A stretch of DNA of 40,802 nt from a virus (IMGVR_UViG_3300025103_000055:1-40802); one strand, 5' to 3'; counted from the first letter of the stretch, positions 18,142 through 27,601 are shown. The notes: generated from the letters alone by a model not told the origin. A program made the numbers and translations.

Positions 18142-18301
18142 CCAAAAACCACTCCTTTTGATCTTCTTCGTTTTTTAAATCTTGTTGAAAAGAGAAATTA
18201 AGTTGATTTTTTAAAGTGTCAAGAGCTTCTAAAATTTGTCTTTGATTAGATACATCATATTCTGGTTGTGGTTCTGGTATATTAACTACTACTTTTGCCA
18301 T
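18134..18301 (-). CDS. Small hypothetical tail-module protein (55 aa)
   Basis: The true start is probably MAKVVVNIPEPQPEYD at 18301 (TAATG overlap with the upstream stop), not 18352. Confidence 0.75.
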   Translation of the reverse strand: MAKVVVNIPEPQPEYDVSNQRQILEALDTLKNQLNFSFQQDLKNEEDQKEWFLGG

Positions 18302-20265
18302 TATCTTCTTCCATCTGGTTGAGCATCTAATCTTAAAGTTCCATATCTCCAAGTTTCACCGGTACCATCATTCTCTATTTTAATTGATACTAATCTTCCT
18401 CTTGCTCTAGTGTCTACCTTATCAGTAGAATTGGTAATTGTAAATGGACCAAGAGGTGAGCTAGATGCAGTGTTATTTGGATAGTCATTTAATAGTAATG
18501 TAATTTTTGAATTACCAGTAAGAACCTTAAAGTCAGGTATAAATCTTTTTACAGACATAAAAAACTCTCCATCTCCTCTGTAGTCAACCATACCTGTTGA
18601 TTGACCTGTCATACTTCTCCTTGCTGTAATATCAAAGTCCCCTGATTCAATAAACGCATTAATAGAAGTGGTACCACTACTATTAACTTGGTCAGTTCCT
18701 ACTTCATGAGCATAATAAGTTGTTGCTCCATATAAATTTGTAATACCTAATATATCTGAAAATACAGGTGAACCTGTAGAGGTATATTCTGTTGCGTAAG
18801 GTACATCAAAAACTCCAGTATCAACATATGAAGTTCTAGCTAATGATGAAGTTGTCCAAACATTCTCAGAATAATTATAAGTAACACATCTATCAATTTG
18901 ATCTGATCCTGATTTTGGATAAAACCAATTTACTTCTCCATATAAAGTATTGTGTTCTGCATAAACTATATCTGTTGCATTAAAGTTTATTCCTAAATTA
19001 TCTGAAGTTGTTGTAAAAACAAAGTCTTCAACAAGACATGGTAATGATTTAACCGTACCATCAAATACAAAAAATCCACCTTCACCCGACATCCAAAATA
19101 CTTTACCATCGGAATAACTTAATGCGTGTTGGCCAATCAATCCACAGTTAGTACCAACTTGTCTTATACTAAATGTAAATGGTGGACCAACAAATTGAAT
19201 TACATAAGCAGAGCTATCAGTTAAAACTAAAGTATAATCTTTACCTGAAACTGCTCCAACAATTCTATTTCCTTTATCTAATCTAAATGTACCTGCAGTA
19301 TTAACTGCTGTTGGTGTATAATCATTTAAGTCTTCTTGATTTGAAAATCTTATAAACATTGGATCTTGAGTTGTAGGATCTCCAATAGTTGTTTCAGTTC
19401 CAAAATGAAATAAGTGTCTATCTCTATCAGAAACTTGTGTTAATCTTGATGCAGTTGGGTTAGCTGAAGTTGAAGAACCAGATGTAGATTTAGATGCTCT
19501 AATTGTTCTAGCGTTTGACGCTCCAGCATTCCAAGTAAAAGTTTCTCCATCTCTAATTGTTGCAACAAGAACTTGTCCATAGTTATCAAGACTCCAGTTT
19601 CCTGGATCCAGAACTACAGAACTTGTAGCTCTTTCAGTTCCCCAAGTAGAAGTATTCCATGTAGAAGTACTCCAACCATAACCTACGGTTTGAAAGACAG
19701 GACCTACTTCAACATAAGGATTAACAGTTGCTGCACCTGCTGCTGTCATACCAGTACCACCTTCATTTCTTACAGCTTGCACAGTAAATTTATCTACTGT
19801 TGCAACTGTTAAAATTTCATAAGCTACTTCCAATTCTGCTGCTGTAAAGTCTGATGCACCTGTAACAGTTACGCCAGATAGTGTTACATATCTTCCAACT
19901 TCTAGACCATGAGAGCCCTTATTAACTTGTAAAACATTTGAGCCATTAACTGTTGTTAATGTGCATCCTGTAATAGCTGTATCTAATGGTGTAATGTCAA
20001 AAAACTGTTCTCCATAATATAAAAATAAACCTTGTGAAGTTCCAATAGCTGCATATCTCTCTCCAGCTAAAGATGTCCAGGTGTGTTGAGCACGTGCTGC
20101 TCCAGGTAATGTTTCACCTGCAATAGATAATTGATTCCAACCACCTATTTTTTCAGGTAGTCCGTATCTAAATCTAACAAAATCACCATCGACCCACTGA
20201 GACTCGGCTCCTGAGTCTGTGACCATCTTGTTAAAACCAGGCTTGAAATTTAATTTTTGTAGCAT
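18301..20265 (-). CDS. Tail nozzle / tail tubular protein B-like (beta-propeller, P22 gp10-like role)
   Basis: 654 aa, WVDGDFVRFRYGLPEKIGGW, WSLDNYG, FIRFSNQED and ESGDFDI. Beta-rich, in the tail module. Confidence 0.65.
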   Translation of the reverse strand: MLQKLNFKPGFNKMVTDSGAESQWVDGDFVRFRYGLPEKIGGWNQLSIAGETLPGAARAQHTWTSLAGERYAAIGTSQGLFLYYGEQFFDITPLDTAITGCTLTTVNGSNVLQVNKGSHGLEVGRYVTLSGVTVTGASDFTAAELEVAYEILTVATVDKFTVQAVRNEGGTGMTAAGAATVNPYVEVGPVFQTVGYGWSTSTWNTSTWGTERATSSVVLDPGNWSLDNYGQVLVATIRDGETFTWNAGASNARTIRASKSTSGSSTSANPTASRLTQVSDRDRHLFHFGTETTIGDPTTQDPMFIRFSNQEDLNDYTPTAVNTAGTFRLDKGNRIVGAVSGKDYTLVLTDSSAYVIQFVGPPFTFSIRQVGTNCGLIGQHALSYSDGKVFWMSGEGGFFVFDGTVKSLPCLVEDFVFTTTSDNLGINFNATDIVYAEHNTLYGEVNWFYPKSGSDQIDRCVTYNYSENVWTTSSLARTSYVDTGVFDVPYATEYTSTGSPVFSDILGITNLYGATTYYAHEVGTDQVNSSGTTSINAFIESGDFDITARRSMTGQSTGMVDYRGDGEFFMSVKRFIPDFKVLTGNSKITLLLNDYPNNTASSSPLGPFTITNSTDKVDTRARGRLVSIKIENDGTGETWRYGTLRLDAQPDGRR

Positions 20266-20272
20266 ATAGTAG

Positions 20273-20301
20273 GTTATATATTAGTTTTACAGAGAATGAA
20301 A
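20273..20301 (-). promoter_or_regulatory. Putative promoter giving a leaderless mRNA for the tail nozzle gene
   Basis: Minus strand TTTCAT-N17-TATAAC-N7-ATG, with no Shine-Dalgarno sequence. Confidence 0.4.
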
Positions 20302-20312
20302 GTAGCATAATT

Positions 20313-20858
20313 ATGGACCATTTAGAAGCAATTGTTGAGATAAAAAATATAGTTTCTCCTGAATTTATAGAAAAAATTATTCCATTAATTGATAAAAAAT
20401 CTATAAAAAATTTATTTATACAAGGTGGTTTAGACAAAGAAGTAAGAAATGTAAAAGGGTATTATTTAAATTTTGAAACACCTACTAATTTATTTTATTG
20501 GAATTTTATAAAAAAAGAAATTGAAAGATTATATACTTTTTATAAGATGAAATTTCCACAAATGGCTAGTAATAAAATAAATCAAATTGATTTATTAAAA
20601 TATAGTGTTGGAGGTAAATATGAAACTCATACAGACCATTTTTCAACATCAATAAGACATTTAAGTATTATTATTAATTTAAATGATAATTATGAGGGTG
20701 GAGATTTAGTATTTACAGATCAAAACAACAAAGAAATTAAAAGGTTAAAACTTGGTAAAGGATCTATTGTTTTTTTTCCAAGTAATTTTATGTATCCTCA
20801 TGGTATTCAACCTATTACGAAAGGAACAAGGTATAGTATCGTTTCATGGCTGCAATAA
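20313..20858 (+). CDS. 2OG-Fe(II) oxygenase (prolyl-4-hydroxylase-like)
   Basis: KYSVGGKYETHTD (HxD), LNDNYEGGDL, FPSNFMYPHG (distal His), GTRYSIVSW. Confidence 0.9.
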   Translation: MDHLEAIVEIKNIVSPEFIEKIIPLIDKKSIKNLFIQGGLDKEVRNVKGYYLNFETPTNLFYWNFIKKEIERLYTFYKMKFPQMASNKINQIDLLKYSVGGKYETHTDHFSTSIRHLSIIINLNDNYEGGDLVFTDQNNKEIKRLKLGKGSIVFFPSNFMYPHGIQPITKGTRYSIVSWLQ

Positions 20859-21418
20859 AATTTAAATTAATAAAAAATTTTTTTACACAAAAAGAACTAA
20901 ATGTTCTTCAAAAATATTGTTATAACAAAGTAGATCAAAGCACAGATTATAAAATTGATAATCAATCATTTTCCCCTGGGTGGTATAATGATCCATTAAT
21001 GAATGCTATTTTAGATACAAAGTTACCTTTAGTTGAAAAAAAATCTAAACTAAAATTATTTCCAACATACGCATATTGGAGATATTATGTATTTGGTGCC
21101 ACTCTAGCTAAACACACTGATAGACCTTCATGTGAAATATCTATTACAGCCTGTGTTAAAAAATATGATAATTGGCCTATGATTGTTGAAGGAAATAAAT
21201 TTGAATTAGAAGAAGGGGATGGTGTTCTTTACGCAGGTTGTGAACAAGAACATGGTCGTCCTAATGTTTATGAAGGTGAAGGAATGGCACAAGTATTTTT
21301 TCATTATGTAAACAAGAAGGGTCCTTTTACACATCACGCTTACGATAAATATTTATCAGAAACAGGAAAAATAGTTTCCGAAGAAGATGAAATAATTTTA
21401 AATAAAAAATATAAATAA
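20846..21418 (+). CDS. 2OG-Fe(II) oxygenase-like protein
   Basis: PTYAYWR, HTDRPSCEIS (HxD), GDGVLYAGC..EHGR, QVFFHYV. Confidence 0.82.
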   Translation: MAAIKFKLIKNFFTQKELNVLQKYCYNKVDQSTDYKIDNQSFSPGWYNDPLMNAILDTKLPLVEKKSKLKLFPTYAYWRYYVFGATLAKHTDRPSCEISITACVKKYDNWPMIVEGNKFELEEGDGVLYAGCEQEHGRPNVYEGEGMAQVFFHYVNKKGPFTHHAYDKYLSETGKIVSEEDEIILNKKYK

Positions 21419-21420
21419 TT

Positions 21421-22011
21421 ATGGAAAAAACAGTTAATATAAATAATTTTATAGCTACGTATGATAACTATATTACTAAAGAAGAATGTAATAAAGCTAT
21501 CCAACTTTTTGAGAATCAATATAAATTTAATAATACTATAAATAGAATAGACTCCGAAAAATCTTCAATTTTACATAAACAAGATCAGCAATACTTCGCA
21601 TCACCAAATAATATAGAATTTTGGTGGGAAAGCTTAAAATCTATGATGTTTAATTTTGAAATAGCATGGAATCATTATTTAAAAAATACAGGAGCAGGTG
21701 ATATGTATACAGATCCTTTGCTTTTTACTAATTTAAAAATACAAAAAACTTTACCTACAGAAGGATATCATATTTGGCATGTTGAGCATGTTAAAGGGTT
21801 TGAAAATGAACCTAGAGCTTTTGTTTTTTCTATATATTTAAATGATGTAGAGGACGGCGGAGAAACAGAGTTCTTACATCAATCAGTTAGAGTAAAACCT
21901 AAAGCAGGTAGAATAGTTATTTGGCCTGCTAGTTTTCCATATGTCCATAGAGGAAACCCACCGTTATCTGGTGAAAAATATATTTTAACTTCTTGGATGA
22001 TGTTTAGATAA
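21421..22011 (+). CDS. 2OG-Fe(II) oxygenase
   Basis: GYHIWHVE (HxE), YLNDVEDGGETEF, WPASFPYVHRGNPP, KYILTSW. Confidence 0.9.
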   Translation: MEKTVNINNFIATYDNYITKEECNKAIQLFENQYKFNNTINRIDSEKSSILHKQDQQYFASPNNIEFWWESLKSMMFNFEIAWNHYLKNTGAGDMYTDPLLFTNLKIQKTLPTEGYHIWHVEHVKGFENEPRAFVFSIYLNDVEDGGETEFLHQSVRVKPKAGRIVIWPASFPYVHRGNPPLSGEKYILTSWMMFR

Positions 22012-22386
22012 TTAAGAAGAATACGATGTAGGTCTTTCACCTAATCTAGCAATTTTTTCAGCGTCCGTTTCACCTTCAACATTATTGCCATCCCAATTTT
22101 CTTGTAATTGAGCTAAGTGAGCTGAATCCCATCTAGAAGAAAATTGACTTATATCTCCTAGGTCTGCTTCTGCATAACTACAATGAGAAGTTGTATCTCT
22201 ATGTTCTACTTCATCTGAAGTATTAGATGCTCCATATTGAATAGCCCAAATATTTGAAAATTTAGATTGATTCCAAAAAGAATCATCTGAAATAATATAT
22301 CCAACACCTTCAGAAGCACCTTCTGCATGATTTTTAATCACTATTTTGTCTTCAAATACTATTGTCCAATTTCCTTTACTTGCCAT
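22012..22386 (-). CDS. Hypothetical protein, possible tail fibre assembly/accessory factor
   Basis: 124 aa directly downstream of the tail-collar gene, AGGAG RBS, IWAIQY motif. Confidence 0.6.
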   Translation of the reverse strand: MASKGNWTIVFEDKIVIKNHAEGASEGVGYIISDDSFWNQSKFSNIWAIQYGASNTSDEVEHRDTTSHCSYAEADLGDISQFSSRWDSAHLAQLQENWDGNNVEGETDAEKIARLGERPTSYSS

Positions 22387-22394
22387 TTTTTCTC

Positions 22395-22973
22395 CTAAGT
22401 TTTAATTACATATATAATTGTTAAATAAGGTTGCAATACAGAAGTTGCATCACCGCTAAAAGTTGCACTCATGTTATGAGAGTGACCTGAACCAGAACCT
22501 GATGCAGCAGTAGATTTAGTAGCTGCATTACTATTTTGATTTGCACCACCAACGCTTCCAGCTGGAGTAAAAGGAGGGTTTCTAAAAAAAGGTAAAGTAT
22601 GAGAGTGAGAAGCAAGTTGTGGGGTAGATAAAGTCGCATTAGCTGTAGAACCCCCAACGTTTCCAGTTGAAGTTACAGTATTTGCTCCACCACTTGAAGC
22701 TAAAGCTTTTCCTGGAGATTTACCAACTGCTACGTTATCTTGTAAATCTGGAACAAGAAAAGTTGATGAACCATCTCCAGCTCCGTAAGTTGTACCTACG
22801 ATTGCAAATAATGCAGAGTAAGTTGATCTTGAAACTGCTTGTCCATTACATTCTAAGAAACCTGTTGGCACTGAAGCAGAAGACCACGGCACAATAGTAG
22901 CTGTAGGAATTCCTTCGATACCTGTAAGGTTTGCTCCTGTAAAATCGTATTTTGTTGCTTCGTAATTTGCCAT
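22395..22973 (-). CDS. Phage tail-collar domain short fibre protein
   Basis: IPTATIVPW...PTGFLECNGQAVSRSTYSALFAIVGTTYGAGDGSSTFLVPDL, with SHSH/GHSH motifs and QPYLTIIYVIKT. Confidence 0.9.
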   Translation of the reverse strand: MANYEATKYDFTGANLTGIEGIPTATIVPWSSASVPTGFLECNGQAVSRSTYSALFAIVGTTYGAGDGSSTFLVPDLQDNVAVGKSPGKALASSGGANTVTSTGNVGGSTANATLSTPQLASHSHTLPFFRNPPFTPAGSVGGANQNSNAATKSTAASGSGSGHSHNMSATFSGDATSVLQPYLTIIYVIKT

Positions 22974-22976
22974 ATT

Positions 22977-23678
22977 CTATTTCTCCTTGTAAGTCCAACC
23001 TGTTGTAGCATCTCCTGAAAATACTAAACAGAAACCAGCACCTTGTGTATTAACAACAAGGTCTGCTGCTGCGTTAGCTATATTAGAAGAATTTCTACCA
23101 ACAGTCAATGCGTTAGTATTGAAATCATATCCTTGATCAATGAAAGCTACTTCATCACCAGCACTTGGTGATGCGGGTAGAGTCACTGTAACTGCTCCAC
23201 CATTTGTATTTGCTAAAATTTGTGCACCAGCTTGAACTGTTTCTGCTGCAGATATTGCTCTCCATTTTTTAAGTTCACCTGCTTTTACAACATTAGTTCC
23301 ATCAGAATATAAAGTGTAAGTGTGACCTTCACATAAAAGAACACCTGTTCCAGATGTAGTTTTAAAAGTTAATGTAAAACCTGCATGATTACATCCATCT
23401 TCAACTATGTAAGTTTTTTCTACTGAATCTGGAATAGTAACATTAACGTTTGCTTCAAGAGTTCCTGTTAATTTAATTACTTGATCTTTACCGTTTGATA
23501 AAGCACCGTTTGTAAAAGTTAAAGCTCTAGACGCATCAGTTACGTTAAATGCGCCATAACCACCAATTGCTTGTTCAAGAATTAGTAAGTTAGTATTTGT
23601 AATTTGTCCCCAAGTTCCTGAGTTTTCCCCAGTTGCTTGAACTGTTAATTTTAAACTAGCTGATGTTGAATTTGCCAT
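22977..23678 (-). CDS. Tail fibre / baseplate-wedge-like structural protein
   Basis: QATGENSGTWG.TN.NL N-terminus and VTLPASPSAGDEVAFID...FNTNALTVGRN repeat-type domain. Confidence 0.7.
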   Translation of the reverse strand: MANSTSASLKLTVQATGENSGTWGQITNTNLLILEQAIGGYGAFNVTDASRALTFTNGALSNGKDQVIKLTGTLEANVNVTIPDSVEKTYIVEDGCNHAGFTLTFKTTSGTGVLLCEGHTYTLYSDGTNVVKAGELKKWRAISAAETVQAGAQILANTNGGAVTVTLPASPSAGDEVAFIDQGYDFNTNALTVGRNSSNIANAAADLVVNTQGAGFCLVFSGDATTGWTYKEK

Positions 23679-23702
23679 AATTTAAATTCCTTAATTGCGT
23701 TT

Positions 23703-23736
23703 ATATTACTAAAAATTAGAGTTTGTGTCAAACTCT
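23703..23736 (-). promoter_or_regulatory. Sigma70-like promoter with an overlapping palindrome
   Basis: Minus strand TTGACA-N17-TAATAT. AGAGTTTG-TGT-CAAACTCT (23718-23736) overlaps the -35 element. Confidence 0.65.
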
Positions 23737-24813
23737 TTATGCAGCTACTTCTTGCCATCCTGGAGGATCTAGGGGAGCTGTACCCGTGTTTACTTCATTC
23801 CAGATTAAAGCACTACCAGAACCTTGTGCCATAGTCAAGGCATTTCCTGTTAATTGTACATCAACATGTATAATAGGTGTTACACTAGCTACTCTTGCAA
23901 GAGCAGGTAATCCTGTTAAAAGAACTTCTTGACCAGGAACTGCTACAACACTTCCTAAACCTGCAGACATTGCAATACCTGTTACATCTTGTGGAACATC
24001 TCCTTGCATTCCAAGAGTGCCTAAAGCACCAATCATAAAATTACCTGTAACAGTTGCGTCAGGAGCAGGATCAACAACACCTAAAGTTGCTTGAGTTACA
24101 TTTAAAGTATTAGCAGTTACATTTGCGTTACCTGTAGCTGCTAAAGTTCCTGCAGCTGCAGTCATTGCAATTCCAGTTACATCAACGTTTGCATATTGAC
24201 CTTCAACGCCCCATGCGTTTTCATTCCATTCTTGTCTACCCCAACCTGTTTGATTATAAGCTTGAACAGAACCAAGACCCATTGTTGCTTGATTACCTGT
24301 GGCCATTGCATCAGGACCAGCATCAGCATTAGCTAATGTAGTAGTCATTGCAAAACCAGTTTGAAAAATTGTAGTTGCGATATCTATTGCTTCATTTCCA
24401 AGAGCACTAGTCATTCCCATTCCTAATGGAACAGGAGATACATCAATTGAAATAGTTTCATTCCCTAAAGTAGCTGTCGCCGAATTACCAGCGGCTATTA
24501 GATTAGCAGCAACACCCCAAGAATTATCTCCCCAGTTTTTTGCTCCCCAACCTGCGTTTATTTCTGCTGTTATGGAAACAGAACCTAACGACATTGACAT
24601 GTCGTCTTCAGGTGTAGTTGGAACTACAATTTGACTTGGGTTACCCCATGATCTGGCACCCCATTGATCTCTTCCCCAACCTGCTTCTACTGTTGAATCG
24701 GTGATTACAAGTCCTGTACCAGTGGACATAGAAATCCCTGTAAGAGAAACGATGTTATCAACACCTGTTCCCCAGGAACCAGTATTCCAGGTATTTGTAT
24801 TCCAACCTGCCAT
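23737..24813 (-). CDS. Structural protein with W-x4-W-x4-WG repeats
   Basis: 358 aa, G/A/T/V-rich with four Trp-triplet motifs. AGGAG RBS. Confidence 0.7.
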   Translation of the reverse strand: MAGWNTNTWNTGSWGTGVDNIVSLTGISMSTGTGLVITDSTVEAGWGRDQWGARSWGNPSQIVVPTTPEDDMSMSLGSVSITAEINAGWGAKNWGDNSWGVAANLIAAGNSATATLGNETISIDVSPVPLGMGMTSALGNEAIDIATTIFQTGFAMTTTLANADAGPDAMATGNQATMGLGSVQAYNQTGWGRQEWNENAWGVEGQYANVDVTGIAMTAAAGTLAATGNANVTANTLNVTQATLGVVDPAPDATVTGNFMIGALGTLGMQGDVPQDVTGIAMSAGLGSVVAVPGQEVLLTGLPALARVASVTPIIHVDVQLTGNALTMAQGSGSALIWNEVNTGTAPLDPPGWQEVAA

Positions 24814-24833
24814 AGGATTTTAACTCCTATGTA

Positions 24834-25271
24834 CTAACCAGAGATTCTTAAAATCGCTGCTGTTGATGTAGCTGCTGGAAACTGAATTGTGAAAACGCCA
24901 GAAGTCGCTGTTTTATCTGCTCCAAAATCTAAAGCACATACAGCCGCATTAGTTGCAGTTGCAGAAGTGTTATAGATTAAAGCTCCTCTAGCAGTTAACG
25001 TCACACCAGTAAAAGATCTGTCTGCGAAGTCTGCTCTTGCGACACCGGCTGTTATTGAAGTTCCAGCATTTGTAAGTGCACCGCCGCCGGCTGTGTACTG
25101 ACCTGTGTTAGAAACTTCTCCTGTTGCAGTGTATGCAGTTGTTGCTGAGTTTAGAGTAGCTGAAGATAGATAAAGAGCAATCTTAAACTTGTCATCACCA
25201 GTACCAAAATTATGCTCACCTTCCAATAATTCTTTTTTGAAAGAATTTGCAATTGCTTGTGTAATAGCCAT
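24834..25271 (-). CDS. Virion structural protein
   Basis: MAITQAIANSFKKELL.G.HNF...FKIALY...ARGALIYN...LDFG.DKT, a pattern common in marine phage tail regions. Confidence 0.7.
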   Translation of the reverse strand: MAITQAIANSFKKELLEGEHNFGTGDDKFKIALYLSSATLNSATTAYTATGEVSNTGQYTAGGGALTNAGTSITAGVARADFADRSFTGVTLTARGALIYNTSATATNAAVCALDFGADKTATSGVFTIQFPAATSTAAILRISG

Positions 25272-25289
25272 AGTTTTTTCTCCTTATTA

Positions 25290-25943
25290 TTATTTACCAC
25301 CGACACGAGGAACACCACTTTGATATTCATCACGTCTTCGTCTTCCCATTTGTTCTATAGAGAAGCCTTCTAATACTTGTTTATACTTTCCTTCGTATAA
25401 TTGCAAGAGATCATTTGGCCCCTTTAAAAATGAAAATGCTTCAACTAAGCATGCATATAATAAACCATTGGGAAATTGTTGGCTAATATATGTTTGAACA
25501 TTTGTACTCGATAATTGTGCGGGTTTCAAGATATAATTTAATTGAATTGTGTAAGTAGCATTAGGAGTTGGAGCTAAAACTATTGTATCTTCGTCCCACC
25601 AGCTATAGTATTTTGGAACACCTGTAGCTCCTGTTGGGTTATACTCAGACATAAAACTAGTATCTCTCCACTCTAAAAATTCTCTATTATTTGAAGCACC
25701 TACACCATCAGAATCTACTATTTGAGCTGATCTAATAATTAAACTATCTTGTGGTGTATCAATAAATCTTGTTGAAGCTACAACTTGAGCTGTTGCATAT
25801 CTTCTATTAGAATCTACATCAACATCTCTCATTATTCTTAATTCTGCATTTTCAATAATTCCATCTAAAATAGTAGATGTTAAAACATTTGCATCAACTT
25901 CTGTATAGTCTCTAATTTTTTGTATTAATTCTGAATATGTCAT
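25290..25943 (-). CDS. Head-tail adaptor / tail tubular protein A-like
   Basis: MTYSEL..I.DY.E, I.NAE.RI, G.PKYY, LAPTP, LLYACL.EA. Confidence 0.65.
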   Translation of the reverse strand: MTYSELIQKIRDYTEVDANVLTSTILDGIIENAELRIMRDVDVDSNRRYATAQVVASTRFIDTPQDSLIIRSAQIVDSDGVGASNNREFLEWRDTSFMSEYNPTGATGVPKYYSWWDEDTIVLAPTPNATYTIQLNYILKPAQLSSTNVQTYISQQFPNGLLYACLVEAFSFLKGPNDLLQLYEGKYKQVLEGFSIEQMGRRRRDEYQSGVPRVGGK

Positions 25944-26308
25944 TATGTTGTTACCGTCACTGTTCCTAAATTCATATGTGCTTCTCTTGCTATGTTTATA
26001 TTAGATCCATCTTCAGGAACCATACTATTTGGATTTGTACTAAAAGAAAATGGTGCTGGCAAGGTTAAATCTACAGCTATTCCACCACCTCCACCAGAAG
26101 CAAGTGTAAAAGTTTGTGGTCTTGCATTTCTTAAACCTTGTCCATCTGCAGTAGTTGGTTTTGGATCTAGTTGTGGATGTTTTGCTTCAAACTCTGATGT
26201 ATGTACACGTGCACCATTCCATTCAATAACCATTTCTGTATATGGAAATGCTTGACCAGAACGATCAGATATAAATTGTGCGTATTTTCCTCTAGATAAA
26301 TTAGACAT
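25943..26308 (-). CDS. Hypothetical virion-module protein
   Basis: GKYAQFISDRSG..FPY.EM..EWNG..VH.SEFE.KHPQL. Coupled to both neighbours. Confidence 0.75.
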   Translation of the reverse strand: MSNLSRGKYAQFISDRSGQAFPYTEMVIEWNGARVHTSEFEAKHPQLDPKPTTADGQGLRNARPQTFTLASGGGGGIAVDLTLPAPFSFSTNPNSMVPEDGSNINIAREAHMNLGTVTVTT

Positions 26309-27023
26309 TTGGATAATAAGTTTTTGGGGTTATAAAAGAACTTGAAGGTGAACCATCTTCTTCTAATGCTCTTTTTAATTCATCTTCATATAATAATTTC
26401 ATTTGTTGTGTAAGTTCTGGTTTTACTTTTTGTGAAAGGTAATAAGCTAAACCTGCACACATACATGGTACAAATCTATAAGGTACATCAGCTTCATTAG
26501 TGTAAGCTCCTGCATCTTGAATTCTTTTTACATAATAATAATTAAGTTTGTTTCCGGCTTCAGAGGCACCTGGAGTTAAGTATAAAGTAATAGTTACTTT
26601 ATCAATAAATCTTTGTACAAAATATTGTGTAGGAGTTCCTGTATTTGTTTTATTTGAAAGACCTTGATACGCAGATCTATTTATTTTTGTTAATGGAAAA
26701 TCAGTTGAAGTATTATTTCTATAAACAGCTTCTAGTATATCATCAACACCATAAACTGCTGTTGCATCTGAAGTTCCATCAGACGTTGATCTAAACATTG
26801 TATAAACAGCTTGGCCATTAACTAATGTAATATCATTATTTCCAACTTCCCAAAAATGCAAACCTCTGTTTGCCCATTCTTGAAACATTATATTTAAAGA
26901 ACGTCTTGCAGATTTTATATCATTTCCAGAATAATCAAAACGTCCTAATCTTTCATAGGCTTCGGTGATTATATCATCGATAGCAAATTGTTTTTCAAAT
27001 ACTGTAGTTCCTGAAGTTGCCAT
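26301..27023 (-). CDS. Head-tail adaptor / tail tubular protein A-like
   Basis: MATSGT, II.EAYER.G, SARRSLN..EWANRGL, GTPTQYF, VPYRF.PCM.AGLAYYL. Confidence 0.65.
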   Translation of the reverse strand: MATSGTTVFEKQFAIDDIITEAYERLGRFDYSGNDIKSARRSLNIMFQEWANRGLHFWEVGNNDITLVNGQAVYTMFRSTSDGTSDATAVYGVDDILEAVYRNNTSTDFPLTKINRSAYQGLSNKTNTGTPTQYFVQRFIDKVTITLYLTPGASEAGNKLNYYYVKRIQDAGAYTNEADVPYRFVPCMCAGLAYYLSQKVKPELTQQMKLLYEDELKRALEEDGSPSSSFITPKTYYPNV

Positions 27024-27316
27024 TAAGCTCCTGTTATAGTTACTGTAATGCTTCCGCCTGCTCCTGCTAAATTATAAACAATACCATTTTCAAACTTGAT
27101 ACCTGAACCAGGAATATAAACTTCTAATCCTTCAGTACCAAATTTATATGTAGCGACTGCTGTTCCTGGTGATGAAGCATCTGATGAATCATAAAAAATA
27201 ATTGTAGATGATGCTATACCTAATCCTTGGATTGAAGTAATTCTAGCTCTACCAGCTCTAGCTAAAGTATCAGCTCCTACTGTTGTCATGTTTAATGTCT
27301 TCTGATCTGAATCCAT
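27023..27316 (-). CDS. Small beta-rich virion protein (paralog of 27326..27601)
   Basis: GRARITSI...IPGSGIKFENGI. AAGGAG RBS. Confidence 0.7.
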   Translation of the reverse strand: MDSDQKTLNMTTVGADTLARAGRARITSIQGLGIASSTIIFYDSSDASSPGTAVATYKFGTEGLEVYIPGSGIKFENGIVYNLAGAGGSITVTITGA

Positions 27317-27325
27317 TTTTTCTCC

Positions 27326-27601
27326 TTATTTATCTATTAACACGGTTGATTTAGCACTAGTAATAGCGCTACAAGTCATTCCAGATTTAAATAAAATTCC
27401 ATCTTCAGGCATGTTAAAAGTAAAAACATCTCCTGGAGGAACCTCTGCAGTGAATTGAGTTCCGCTGATATCTTGTAAAGTTATTGATCCTGTATCAGTA
27501 GTAGTTGTTGTATTGGAAAGAATAATTCCTCTTAGTCTTGTTCTTCCACCAAACACTTGACCTGTTGCTGTTATCTGAATCGCTTTTACATCTGATCTCA
27601 T
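27326..27601 (-). CDS. Small beta-rich virion protein
   Basis: GRTRLRGI...MPEDGILFKSGM. AAGGAG RBS. Confidence 0.7.
   Translation of the reverse strand: MRSDVKAIQITATGQVFGGRTRLRGIILSNTTTTTDTGSITLQDISGTQFTAEVPPGDVFTFNMPEDGILFKSGMTCSAITSAKSTVLIDK

Noticed and set aside
18302-18352. N-terminal extension of the 72-aa ORF
   Set aside because: It overlaps the nozzle gene; the TAATG-coupled ATG at 18301 is the more plausible start.
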